The notes under the pieces are model-generated. The model saw only the letters and a list, made by a program, of their open reading frames with translations, did not search any database and had not been told where the DNA came from. From the IMG/VR virus record IMGVR_UViG_3300025679_000005: 64,000 bases of DNA; one strand, given 5' to 3'. Source of the DNA: a virus (lineage: Duplodnaviria > Caudoviricetes). The position numbers and the translations under genes were made by a program. The stretch's first letter is position 1; each line of letters opens with the position of its first letter. This document shows positions 28,813 to 37,905 of this stretch, in pieces.

Positions 28813-30348
28813 ATGGCCGTTGGGTCCGTACATGTACCGAAACGAGGGTTAATGCCGTATCCAACACGCTCTTCTAAAGCATCTTCCGTGCCGAAAACCG
28901 CCAGCGGGAGTACAAGCGGTTTATCTACGCCACGTAAACAATACTGTGGCACTGTGCCGCCTCAGGGTCTTATTCCGCTGTGGCAGCCTGTCACAGGTCA
29001 GAGGGCGATGGCGGGGTTGCCTAGGGACTACCGTGCCTTGTGGGCGATGTGTCGAAAACAGATTGTGGCGACTGCCAAACGGTGTGGCCTCACCAATACC
29101 GAAGTCCTCTCCGAGCTGAGGGAGCAAGAAGCCCTCGAAGCGTTCGTGACTGACGAGACAATACCTGACGAGATGTCTTGGGAGGACACCCTGGCCCTCT
29201 TGGGCCTCGATGATGCTGGTTGGCGTCGTACCCTGCATTCGATGACCAAGAGCAACGGCGATGGCTTGAAGTGGTGTAACATCGCACCTCTGCCCGCTCG
29301 TAACGGCGACAACCTGACCTCACGGGACATCGTCTATTACGGCCCCACTCTGTGGGAGGCTGCTAGGTTCCTCGACGGCTCCAATCAGATTGCTGTGACC
29401 AAGCCTTTCTGTCCTCGTAGGACTCTAGCCTTCAAGGAATACCTCGACAACATCTTGGCGACCGTCCAGCCGGTGGTGAAGGTTGTCGAAAAACCGAAGC
29501 TGACTGTTGTCCCGCCACCGGCCGTTCAAGAGATCCCTGTGGCGGTCACCCCGGACCCTCCTTGGCCCAAGGGGTTACCGAAGAACTACGACGGTGTGGT
29601 CCTCAAGTATGGTACCTACGTCCATGATCAGGTTCAGCGGTCATCCAAGATCAAGACCTCCGATGAAATCCAGGAGGTCTGCCAAGAAGTCTGGCTGAAA
29701 CTCATCAGAGCTGACGTGCTTCGCAAGTTCGCCGAGATCGCGATGTCGAAGCTCCCGTCTACGATGACCTACCCTCAGTGTCTGATTTTCTTGGGGATCA
29801 CTTCCAAGCAATTTTCTAGTGCGCTGAAGAAGGCTCCCTTCAGCATCAAACCCGTTCAAGGCGTGGAGTTAGCTGACGATGCCTTGTATTCGACGGCACA
29901 GATCGAAACGTTGGATGTCAGCGGCTTGCTGCCGACCGTCAGGGATCCAGATCGTTGCCGTCCTGAGGCGACCGAGCGCGGTTTCAAGTCCTATTTGGCG
30001 ACCGCTGTGAAGAATCACTTCAAGAATTTGATCCGGTATCGTAACCGCCGTCATCAGGAGCGGGGCCTGGATTCCCGTGTTGTCCTGTCCGGGGGGTCCA
30101 CCGGGGTCTATTCGAAGACCATGCTCTTGGAAGAGGCTAGCTCGTGGGAGGCTAATATCCCTGATGATACCGACATGCCTATGGAAGCTATGTTGGACCT
30201 GGCCTCGGAGATCCGTCGTCATGACATTACCCCCTGCTCTGAACAAGGTATGGCCGTCTTGGACTGTGTGGTGGCCAATTCCAGGAAGAACCTGACTCTG
30301 AGGGGGGCTATGGACTCCGTTAGGGCCAAAGTCCGCGTCGGGGAGTAA
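28813..30348 (+). CDS. large protein with sigma-70 region-2-like segments
   Basis: EIQEVCQEVWLKL...FKSYLATAVKNHFKNLIR; start uncertain. Confidence 0.5.
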   Translation: MAVGSVHVPKRGLMPYPTRSSKASSVPKTASGSTSGLSTPRKQYCGTVPPQGLIPLWQPVTGQRAMAGLPRDYRALWAMCRKQIVATAKRCGLTNTEVLSELREQEALEAFVTDETIPDEMSWEDTLALLGLDDAGWRRTLHSMTKSNGDGLKWCNIAPLPARNGDNLTSRDIVYYGPTLWEAARFLDGSNQIAVTKPFCPRRTLAFKEYLDNILATVQPVVKVVEKPKLTVVPPPAVQEIPVAVTPDPPWPKGLPKNYDGVVLKYGTYVHDQVQRSSKIKTSDEIQEVCQEVWLKLIRADVLRKFAEIAMSKLPSTMTYPQCLIFLGITSKQFSSALKKAPFSIKPVQGVELADDALYSTAQIETLDVSGLLPTVRDPDRCRPEATERGFKSYLATAVKNHFKNLIRYRNRRHQERGLDSRVVLSGGSTGVYSKTMLLEEASSWEANIPDDTDMPMEAMLDLASEIRRHDITPCSEQGMAVLDCVVANSRKNLTLRGAMDSVRAKVRVGE

Positions 30349-30391
30349 GACCACTAGTCCTTCTATCAGGGATCCTTTTCAGAGGATCTCT

Positions 30392-31168
30392 GTGCACCAT
30401 CCTGTAATTGCTCGGGCTGAAGCCCTAAGTCGTAGGATCTACGCCTCATTTCCGTGGGGTTACAGGGTCGCGAACCTCTTTCTGAAGCTCGCTTCAGGGT
30501 ACATCGATGCCTTTGGGCGCTTGGTCTACGCTGAGATGATCAAGGCAGGGGTCACGGACATGCCACCCATCAACGGGGAGTCAGCCGAGTCCTACGCGGA
30601 CAAGGTCCAGGGGCCTAGGGGTCCAGATAAGCTTCCCAGGGGTTACGGCTCGGAATTCGGCAAGAGGATCTACGCTTTTTTGATGTCTAAGACCCATAAC
30701 ATCGAGACCACGGAAGAGGTAATGAGTCGGATGATGATGGACATTGCCCGAGGTAAGATCCGCTTCCAGGGCGGCTTTGACCTCAAGCAGTCTGAGGCCT
30801 TGCTCTACAAGACGGCTTTGCGAACGGTCCTCGACATCAAACGTGAGCAGAAGGGTCGGAACAACGATCGTTTGACTCCGGAGTCTTTGACCGATGACAT
30901 GGGTGAGACCATCGACTTGTCAGACCCCAGTGCCTTCAAGCATCTGGATGGGATGATCCCTCAGTCGGAAGTTCACCGCATTGTGGATGAACTTTCAAAG
31001 CTCGATCCCAGAGCTGTAGAGTGGTTCGAGGGTAAGCTGGAAGGGCTCAAGAACAAAGAGATGGCCGCCCAATGGGGGGTGTCTGAGCCTAGGTTCATCC
31101 AGATCGAGAACCTAGTGGAGCCGTTGGTTAAGCAGATACTCATGAAGTACCTGAGGGACGCAGCATGA
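30392..31168 (+). CDS. RNA polymerase sigma-factor-like protein
   Basis: TEEVMSRMMM...ALRTVLDIKR and region-4-like GLKNKEMAAQWGVS HTH. Confidence 0.6.
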   Translation: MHHPVIARAEALSRRIYASFPWGYRVANLFLKLASGYIDAFGRLVYAEMIKAGVTDMPPINGESAESYADKVQGPRGPDKLPRGYGSEFGKRIYAFLMSKTHNIETTEEVMSRMMMDIARGKIRFQGGFDLKQSEALLYKTALRTVLDIKREQKGRNNDRLTPESLTDDMGETIDLSDPSAFKHLDGMIPQSEVHRIVDELSKLDPRAVEWFEGKLEGLKNKEMAAQWGVSEPRFIQIENLVEPLVKQILMKYLRDAA

Positions 31169-31731
31169 AATCGAAGAACGTGGTCGTAAGGTTTCGCCAG
31201 GCAGGGCTGATCAAGCGGGTGGCCGCTCGTTTTGCCATGGAGCACAGCTCGCCTGAGGAGCTGAAGGATTACCTCCACGAGCATCCAGGGGCGGATCCAA
31301 AGAACCACCACGTCGAGAAGAAGGACAACAAGCCCTCTTCAGGTGGGGATGACAAGGCCTCCAAAGAGTTCATGCGTCATGGTCAGAACGCTGAGAAGAA
31401 GCTGAAAGCAATCAGTCGTTTTGCGGAGCAGGCTGACAAGCAGGACGGACCCAAGGCCAAAGAAGCTTTGGACAAGACCCATGCCGCCGGCTCAGAACTA
31501 CACGACTTGGGTGTGCAGCTACACAAAAAGTTGTCGGGTATGAAATCCAAGTCTGCGGACAAGGAATTCGGATACATGAAGGGTAGCTTGAAGAAGCTCG
31601 AAGACGCCCTCAGCGACGCCAAGGAAGGCTCGATGCACGGCTTCTCAGCAAAGGCAATTGCCAAAGCTGCTGATGAGCTGTACGGCGATATCCACCGTGT
31701 GACCGCCCTGGGAGTCTCAGGCAACCTCTGA
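31165..31731 (+). CDS. putative virion/late protein
   Basis: RQAG, KRVAARF and YLHEHPGAD motifs. Confidence 0.6.
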   Translation: MKSKNVVVRFRQAGLIKRVAARFAMEHSSPEELKDYLHEHPGADPKNHHVEKKDNKPSSGGDDKASKEFMRHGQNAEKKLKAISRFAEQADKQDGPKAKEALDKTHAAGSELHDLGVQLHKKLSGMKSKSADKEFGYMKGSLKKLEDALSDAKEGSMHGFSAKAIAKAADELYGDIHRVTALGVSGNL

Positions 31732-31753
31732 CTTCGGTGTATAGACTCCGATC

Positions 31754-34480
31754 ATGGAGTTTCTCAACCAGGTCCTTTTAGGTGATTGCCTCGTTCGTCT
31801 GAAAGAACTGCCGGACTGCACATATGACAGCTGCGTCACTGACGTGCCTTATGGCCTTGCCGACAGAGAGCCCACCCTTGAAGATATCCTGGCATATCTT
31901 CAAGGCGCCGACTCGCTAGGCCCCCTCAAACAGGGTCGCAAGAACTGTTTGAACAGCGTGGTCGAGCTTCCCGTTGTCCCTGAGACGAATCACAGTGATT
32001 CCCAAGTCCCGGAGAATTTGATCTCGTTCCATATCGTAGTGGCGAGTGGCCCTGTTGTGCCATCCGGGACGATCCAACTCGATGATCAGCTTTCTGTCGG
32101 GGAAGAAAAAATCGGTTACAAAGGACCTGTCGTCAAGCTCGATGACATGTTGGTGAATGAAACTCACTCCGAGAAGCCCCAAAGCTTCAACCACGGCCAG
32201 TTCAGTCTTGGGAAAAGCCAGTGCTTTTCCGGATGCATAGAGACGTGCCGCTGCTTTACTCAATCGAGTCCGACCACCTTCAGTGTACTGGTATGGCTTG
32301 ATCACGATCCTCTTACTGAAACCGAATCGTCTACCAAGATAATGACAGGTGGGGGAGCAAAAATTCCCGCCATGCTTACTCTTGATGTGGGAAACATGAC
32401 GGGTGAAATCCGTCCTGCAAACATCACAGGAGAGGCTGACTTTGGTCTGTTTCTCTTGCCCCCTAAGAATGTAGGAGCACTTCCTGGAGCAGGTAGTTTG
32501 TTTTCCCTTGTCCAAGTACTTTTGGGCAGCGAGGTAGGCGATCAAACAGACCGGACAGACTCGTTCGACATTTCTATCCCAGCCGTTGTTTTGGGTCGGT
32601 TCCATTCTCCCAGAGTTGCTCAAAAGGACTTTATGAATAAGGGATGGGAGATTCCTAGTGTCTCCGTCTGGAAAGAGGTCTACCGCATACTCAAGCCAGG
32701 GGCTTATGTCCTCTGCTTCGGGGGGACCCGAACCTTCGACCTCATTTCAATGGGGCTCCGAGCCGCAGGGTTCGAGAACCGCGACACGATCGCTCATGAG
32801 TTCGGCGTTCCTGTTCTTCAGTGGGTCCAAGGGATGGGGATGCCCAAGAGCAGTAACCCAGGTAAGGTTGTCAAGAAAAAGATAGGTTCGTGGGTTGGTT
32901 CGCGAGAACCTACTGATGAACACACAGTAGTAAATGCATACTGTACGTGTCTCAAAGAAACTAGAATGGACTCCGGAATTGGAGGTTCTGTTGGGGACAA
33001 TCTCCGATATGCAGCTAGCAGTTCAGATGGGGCTGCCCAGAACGTCGAGTTCAGAGAATCGCGTACGCCATCATCGACGCACGCTAGGTATAACAGCTCA
33101 CAGAACGAAGCTACATGTAGTGATAGTGTGCCTGACTTGCGGGAAAAAGGCCCGCAAGAGGATGAAAGAGATCCGCAAGAACAAGAAAAACTACTGTTCA
33201 CACCCGTGTGCATCGATGGGGCAGAAGACTCGGGATTCAGAGAGTCTGCGCTACGGGCGAGGGTGGAAAGCTCTGAAGGCTCTGGTGTTACAGCGGGACA
33301 AAGCTTGTCGATGCTGCAAACAGATCCCAAAAAGGACTCTTCACGTGCATCACTTGAAACCGTTCCGATTCGGGGGGACCAACAATTTGGAGAACTTGGT
33401 AGCTCTGTGCGATTCGTGTCATCACAAGATAGAGGCGGCAACGACCAGAATTTTGAGTTCGATACAGGTCGTTGTCACTCTAGAAGAATCTTGCTTGACG
33501 ATACAGGTAGATGGGGTCATGCGAGGGCAAGAGTCTGTTCCTGGTGTGGCTCCTTAGACAAGTCCTTTTACGATAGCCTAGAGAATCTTGGCAGTGCACT
33601 GAAGCCTGCTTGGGAGCCGATTCTGGTCTTTCGCAAGCCGGTAGAAAAGACCCTCGTGGAGAATGTGCTCAAGTACGGGACCGGGGGGATCAACATTGAT
33701 GCTACCCGAGTCAAGCACGCCAGCAAAGACGACTTCGAGAAGCACAAGGCACAGGTTGAGGCCGTCAAAGCCAAAGGCGGTGTCCGAGGAGATTCCTGGA
33801 AGAACTCCTCAGACCTCTCAGGAGCTAACGATGTGCAGGAAGGGGGTAGGTGGCCTGCCAACATCTTGCTCACGCATTCTGAGGGCTGCCAGCACAGCGG
33901 AACCACCAAGGTTAAGGCTCACCCCGCTTGGAACGACAACCGCCCACCATCTGCTTTTACCGGCCCAGAGACCTCTCCGGTGCACCATGCTGAAGAGGAT
34001 GGAACCGAAACCGTGGAAGTTTGGAACTGTGTAGAAGGTTGTCCTGTCCTGGCCTTGGAAACCCAAACCGGGCTCCTCAAGAGCGGGCCCCTGAATCAAG
34101 GAGGAGCCTCCAGGTTTTTCCAGCAGTTCGAAGGCCAAGAACTACCCGAGGCCCCGTTCTTTTACACAGCCAAGCCGTCTAAGAACGAGACGACGTTAGG
34201 CGGGCGCATAGAGAACGAACATCCGACGAAGAAGCCTATTGCTCTCATGAAGTGGCTCATTCGATTGGTCACACGAAAGGGGGGACTCACCATTGATCCC
34301 TACTGCGGGTCCGGGTCCACTCTCCACGCAGCCATCGAAGAAGGCGTCAACTTCACGGGAATTGAGAGGGACGAGCCCTCCTACAAGACCTCGGTGGAGC
34401 GTGTCACACTTGTAGCGAAATTGTACGAGGAAGCCCATGTCCAACGAGACCTCTTTGACCTTGCGATGTCGAATGACTGA
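31754..34480 (+). CDS. beta-class N4/N6 DNA methyltransferase with two in-frame insertions
   Basis: GDCL, TDVPYG, RILKPG, LKPAWEPI, HPTKKP, DPYCGSGST all in one 908-codon frame. Confidence 0.9.
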   Translation: MEFLNQVLLGDCLVRLKELPDCTYDSCVTDVPYGLADREPTLEDILAYLQGADSLGPLKQGRKNCLNSVVELPVVPETNHSDSQVPENLISFHIVVASGPVVPSGTIQLDDQLSVGEEKIGYKGPVVKLDDMLVNETHSEKPQSFNHGQFSLGKSQCFSGCIETCRCFTQSSPTTFSVLVWLDHDPLTETESSTKIMTGGGAKIPAMLTLDVGNMTGEIRPANITGEADFGLFLLPPKNVGALPGAGSLFSLVQVLLGSEVGDQTDRTDSFDISIPAVVLGRFHSPRVAQKDFMNKGWEIPSVSVWKEVYRILKPGAYVLCFGGTRTFDLISMGLRAAGFENRDTIAHEFGVPVLQWVQGMGMPKSSNPGKVVKKKIGSWVGSREPTDEHTVVNAYCTCLKETRMDSGIGGSVGDNLRYAASSSDGAAQNVEFRESRTPSSTHARYNSSQNEATCSDSVPDLREKGPQEDERDPQEQEKLLFTPVCIDGAEDSGFRESALRARVESSEGSGVTAGQSLSMLQTDPKKDSSRASLETVPIRGDQQFGELGSSVRFVSSQDRGGNDQNFEFDTGRCHSRRILLDDTGRWGHARARVCSWCGSLDKSFYDSLENLGSALKPAWEPILVFRKPVEKTLVENVLKYGTGGINIDATRVKHASKDDFEKHKAQVEAVKAKGGVRGDSWKNSSDLSGANDVQEGGRWPANILLTHSEGCQHSGTTKVKAHPAWNDNRPPSAFTGPETSPVHHAEEDGTETVEVWNCVEGCPVLALETQTGLLKSGPLNQGGASRFFQQFEGQELPEAPFFYTAKPSKNETTLGGRIENEHPTKKPIALMKWLIRLVTRKGGLTIDPYCGSGSTLHAAIEEGVNFTGIERDEPSYKTSVERVTLVAKLYEEAHVQRDLFDLAMSND
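31916..32623 (-). CDS. DUF559/Vsr-like PD-(D/E)xK endonuclease nested antisense in the MTase
   Basis: Zn motifs (CPVC, CSRKC, CDVC, CSPTC) then PKTE...DFFF...IIELD...WH. Confidence 0.85.
   Translation of the reverse strand: MSNSGRMEPTQNNGWDRNVERVCPVCLIAYLAAQKYLDKGKQTTCSRKCSYILRGQEKQTKVSLSCDVCRTDFTRHVSHIKSKHGGNFCSPTCHYLGRRFGFSKRIVIKPYQYTEGGRTRLSKAAARLYASGKALAFPKTELAVVEALGLLGVSFIHQHVIELDDRSFVTDFFFPDRKLIIELDRPGWHNRATRHYDMERDQILRDLGITVIRLRDNGKLDHAVQTVLATLFEGA
32934..33557 (+). CDS. HNH endonuclease nested in the +1 frame of the MTase
   Basis: CRCC...HVHHLKP...NNLENLVALCDSCH. Confidence 0.88.
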   Translation: MHTVRVSKKLEWTPELEVLLGTISDMQLAVQMGLPRTSSSENRVRHHRRTLGITAHRTKLHVVIVCLTCGKKARKRMKEIRKNKKNYCSHPCASMGQKTRDSESLRYGRGWKALKALVLQRDKACRCCKQIPKRTLHVHHLKPFRFGGTNNLENLVALCDSCHHKIEAATTRILSSIQVVVTLEESCLTIQVDGVMRGQESVPGVAP

Positions 34481-34973
34481 CCCTCTTGTGAGGTTTGTAG
34501 GTTTGGAGGACAGAGTGTTCAGCCAACCATTCACGGTCATCGATCCCCAGGGCTCGGCGTGGGGAATTGCGTCGGACAAGATCTGGTTCGTAGCCTCCAG
34601 AGGTAAGCACTTTGCTCGCTTTAAGGGTACTATGGATTCTCTGTCCTCAGTTCTTAAGTTGTTGAAGGCAGAACCTTCGGAGTTCATCGAGGCCCTATCC
34701 TCGGGAAAGTCCGTTGTTGAGGGATCCCCTATAGTTTCGATCTTAGGGGTCCCCGTCAGCCAAGACCGCTTGAACACCCTGATCGAGGCCTTCCCTTGTA
34801 GGATCCAGGTGTGGAATTCCTCAGCCTATTTAGGGGTACCTAGCCTAGGGTTCTATTCCAAGGAATGGCGAGCCTTTTTGATGGGCTATGAGAACGTCAT
34901 CGGGGAGGTACCTGAGTCCAACATTGAGGTTCAGGACGAGCGAAGCCTGTTCCGCCTTGCAATGGGTTTATAA
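34473..34973 (+). CDS. hypothetical protein
   Basis: Overlaps MTase stop. Confidence 0.6.
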   Translation: MTDPLVRFVGLEDRVFSQPFTVIDPQGSAWGIASDKIWFVASRGKHFARFKGTMDSLSSVLKLLKAEPSEFIEALSSGKSVVEGSPIVSILGVPVSQDRLNTLIEAFPCRIQVWNSSAYLGVPSLGFYSKEWRAFLMGYENVIGEVPESNIEVQDERSLFRLAMGL

Positions 34974-34999
34974 TGTGCTTTTGAGCAAGGGGATTTGAC

Positions 35000-35440
35000 A
35001 TGTCCTCTACCCCTGCCGCAAGAGTGACCATACGTTATGCGGCGGCCCGGCCAATGAAGCCGGAGAAGATGCAGGCCCTTCTCCTCAAGCTCCGGAAGGG
35101 TGCTGAGGGCAGCTTGCGAATGCCAGAGCTGGTGCAGGTCCTGGACTATCTAGGGGGCTACAAGCTCGAAGAGGCCTTGGTGCTTCAGAGTCAGGAACCT
35201 TACAAGGGTGCCAAGAAGGCTTTCTCTGGATCTCTGGCTCAGGTCAAGGCTGAGTGGGAAGAGATCAAGGCCAATGAGGTCAGCACTCTGCCGACTCATC
35301 CAGTGCTGCACAAGGTGTACTATCAGGATGTCGACCCTATCGTGGAAAAGGGTGACGGCACAGCTTACTTCAGAGCACCTTTCGTCCAGCCATTGTGCTC
35401 ACGGAGTCTGCGCTCTGGTTCTGTCGTGACGCCCGTGTAG
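35000..35440 (+). CDS. putative virion/late protein
   Basis: N-term ARVTIRYAAA motif. Confidence 0.55.
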   Translation: MSSTPAARVTIRYAAARPMKPEKMQALLLKLRKGAEGSLRMPELVQVLDYLGGYKLEEALVLQSQEPYKGAKKAFSGSLAQVKAEWEEIKANEVSTLPTHPVLHKVYYQDVDPIVEKGDGTAYFRAPFVQPLCSRSLRSGSVVTPV

Positions 35441-35523
35441 AGCAGCGTGGCATCGTTCGTGATGATGTAGACGAACCAGGCAGCATTCGTTATCTGAGGC
35501 AATACTTCACTTGTGCTCATTTA

Positions 35524-36144
35524 ATGGGTATGAGGCTGATAGATATTTCAGGACAGGTCTTTGGACGGTTGACAGTCATTAGGAAGTCTGAAGCACCCTC
35601 CATGTGGGAGTGTCTTTGTTCTTGCGGCACAACCAAGTTATTCACAGGTCCTAATTTGCGCACTGGAAATACCACTTCGTGTGGTTGCTTGCATAGAGAA
35701 AAGTTAGCGGCCTCCAACACAAGTCTGAAGTCCCTCGTGGAGCCATGGCTTGCAGACATGAACCTCTATGTTCGCAAGGTAGGCTATCGTCGGCAGCGAG
35801 GGAAGTTAGGTTCCAATCAATTTGCCTCTGTGGAAGGTAGCCCAGTATCTACTCACCCCTCCAATCATTGGGCACTAGACTTAGAGGCCTACACTAGTTT
35901 GGTGACTGGTATTTGTCATTATTGTGGGAGACCTCCTAATCAATTGCCCAAAGGTGCAAACATGAACCCCAGCTTAAGACGTAATGGCATCGACCGTATG
36001 GACAATACCAGGGGGTATGAACCGGACAATTGTGTATCGTGCTGTGCTTCGTGCAACAGAGAAAAAAGAGCACAGACCTTTGAAGTGTTCGTTGAAAATA
36101 CTAAGCGGCGCTACGAGCACCTAAAGACCAAAGGCTTGCTATAA
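35524..36144 (+). CDS. HNH-type homing endonuclease
   Basis: DISGQVFGRLTV...SCGC; CHYC...GIDRMDNTRGY...NCVSCCASCN. Confidence 0.85.
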   Translation: MGMRLIDISGQVFGRLTVIRKSEAPSMWECLCSCGTTKLFTGPNLRTGNTTSCGCLHREKLAASNTSLKSLVEPWLADMNLYVRKVGYRRQRGKLGSNQFASVEGSPVSTHPSNHWALDLEAYTSLVTGICHYCGRPPNQLPKGANMNPSLRRNGIDRMDNTRGYEPDNCVSCCASCNREKRAQTFEVFVENTKRRYEHLKTKGLL

Positions 36145-36147
36145 TAC

Positions 36148-36780
36148 TCACCAGGTGAAGTTGCCTTCAGCCTTACGTAGCTTGAGACGAGTCACGATCC
36201 ATGGGCCATAGGCTAGGTTGAAGAAGAGTCCTCCAGCCCAGCGCTTGCGGTCATAGTCCGACAAGTCTCTCATAGCACGATCACGACGACATTCGATGTT
36301 GAAAGCAGCAGCATCAATCATGGCTTGGCGGTGTTCACCCCAGATAGGGGCATGTGCCATAACCCAAACACTGTAATCGACAGCGCCCTCCTCACAAAAG
36401 GGATCTCCCTCAGGGAACCCTGCCAATGAAGCGTGCATGAACTCGTGGGTGAGCTTCTCCAAGGTCGTTCCTGGCTTGCCCTCAACGATGGATGGTGAGA
36501 GGCGGACCTGACCGTTGTCGGGTTGGAAGCTGGCGTTGGCACCACCCGAGTGGGCCCCATCATGGATCGAGAGGATCTCAGACATGGGCTCCTGTTGGTA
36601 GGGGCCTAGGGCTTGGGCGATGAAGGCGTAGCACTTCGGGGCCCACTCCTCGATGAACTTGTTCCACTCTGGGCTACACACGCTCGTGGTGAACTGCTTG
36701 GCCGCCCTTTTTGGCAGGATCGAGGCAGTCCTCAGGGTATGCTGCACTTCTGCTGGAAATGGGTTCACCCCAAAGCTCAT
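36148..36780 (-). CDS. HExxH metallopeptidase-like protein
   Basis: LTHEFMH...EEG. Confidence 0.65.
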   Translation of the reverse strand: MSFGVNPFPAEVQHTLRTASILPKRAAKQFTTSVCSPEWNKFIEEWAPKCYAFIAQALGPYQQEPMSEILSIHDGAHSGGANASFQPDNGQVRLSPSIVEGKPGTTLEKLTHEFMHASLAGFPEGDPFCEEGAVDYSVWVMAHAPIWGEHRQAMIDAAAFNIECRRDRAMRDLSDYDRKRWAGGLFFNLAYGPWIVTRLKLRKAEGNFTW

Positions 36781-36820
36781 TTATCAAAACCCTATGGATT
36801 TCTGGTGTATACCACCGGAT

Positions 36821-37219
36821 ATGTCCATGTCCTCAAAGATCACCACGATGATTGCGGCCAACCCTGGCTGGCTGGCCGTTTTCACTACGGCTGAAGGGAA
36901 CCCAATTTTCGTGCCGGTAGCCGCCTGGGCTTCCTTCGAGCATGAAGATGAGGGTGAGGAAATGTGGCCATCGGTTGAAGCCATGATTGCGGACGGTTTC
37001 CGTATCGTTCCAATCTACATTCAAGAAGAGTACGACGTGGATATGTTGGTCGGGATCTTCGGCCCTGAGCAGGTGGCAGCTACCGGACCCAAAGCCTGGA
37101 CCGAAAAATGCTTAGATTACCTGGCTGAAATCAAGAGCCTGGAGGCAGAGCATGCAGCGAACTGCCCTCACCATGGCGCCGAAGCCAATGAACTGAAGCT
37201 AGTTCCCAAGCCCAACTGA
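36821..37219 (+). CDS. hypothetical protein
   Basis: Start after GGTGTA motif. Confidence 0.55.
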   Translation: MSMSSKITTMIAANPGWLAVFTTAEGNPIFVPVAAWASFEHEDEGEEMWPSVEAMIADGFRIVPIYIQEEYDVDMLVGIFGPEQVAATGPKAWTEKCLDYLAEIKSLEAEHAANCPHHGAEANELKLVPKPN

Positions 37220-37336
37220 AGCCTCTCAAAGAAAAGATCACCCGACCCAAACTTTCTACTTGACGTTTCACTTATAGCACTGTACTTACTAGGGACGCTG
37301 GTTGCAGAGCCAGCACCTATCCAAAAGCAAAAGGTC

Positions 37337-37567
37337 ATGTCTACTTCAACCGCAACCACACATACCAGCAAACCGGAGCTAACAGCTTCTGTGCTGTGGT
37401 GTGGGGTCAAGTTGGGACGGACCGTCAGTGGGATCAAGTTGGGCCGAGGCTTCGGCGGTCAGTCCCCCATGACGACCTCAACGCTCGGCGGCCTCCGCCA
37501 GGATAGCCAGAAGTATTCGCAACCAGCCTCCATTTCGTTCGCTGGCAATCTGGAGGCAGAAGCGTAA
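37337..37567 (+). CDS. putative leader peptide of the tRNA array
   Basis: 76 aa Thr/Ser/Gly-rich ORF ending at competing hairpins. Confidence 0.4.
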   Translation: MSTSTATTHTSKPELTASVLWCGVKLGRTVSGIKLGRGFGGQSPMTTSTLGGLRQDSQKYSQPASISFAGNLEAEA

Positions 37568-37630
37568 GGCGGTTTAGGATCACCCCCAAAGGGATCTGAA
37601 ACCGCCTCCGAAAGGAAGAGCGGTTTTTTT
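37567..37630 (+). terminator. intrinsic terminator with overlapping antiterminator
   Basis: AAACCGC pairs either with upstream GCGGTTT or with downstream GCGGTTT plus T run. Confidence 0.65.
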
Positions 37631-37652
37631 CGTTTTAGGGCTCAGAAATTAC

Positions 37653-37735
37653 GGGTCGTGTGCTGCGCCGGGACGCAGGTCTGACTGTAAATCAGATGTC
37701 AATTGGCTATCTAGGTTCGACTCCTAGGCGACCCA
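37653..37735 (+). tRNA. tRNA-Tyr(GTA)
   Basis: Cloverleaf; loop CTGTAAA; long variable arm. Confidence 0.85.
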
Positions 37736-37791
37736 CTAGGAGAAACACATATCATGGAGAGGAGAATCAAACAGAGCTGCTGACACCCTGC

Positions 37792-37863
37792 GGGCCAGTA
37801 GCTAAGTGGTAAAGCTTTCGACTTTTAATCGAATGATCGCCGGTTCGAACCCGGCCTGGCCCA
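37792..37863 (+). tRNA. tRNA-Lys(TTT)
   Basis: Loop CTTTTAA. Confidence 0.9.
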
Positions 37864-37905
37864 CCTTAAATGGGTGTCTTAATCTGCTTGTAAACCGATC
37901 CTAGT

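Noticed and set aside
31913-33560. Inteins or group I/II introns in the methyltransferase
   Set aside because: No intein terminal motifs, and the nuclease ORFs fill the inserts, leaving no room for a ribozyme core
35395-35523. Frameshift fusion of the 35000 gene with the downstream HNH
   Set aside because: No slippery site or homology evidence; the HNH has its own ATG at 35524/35530
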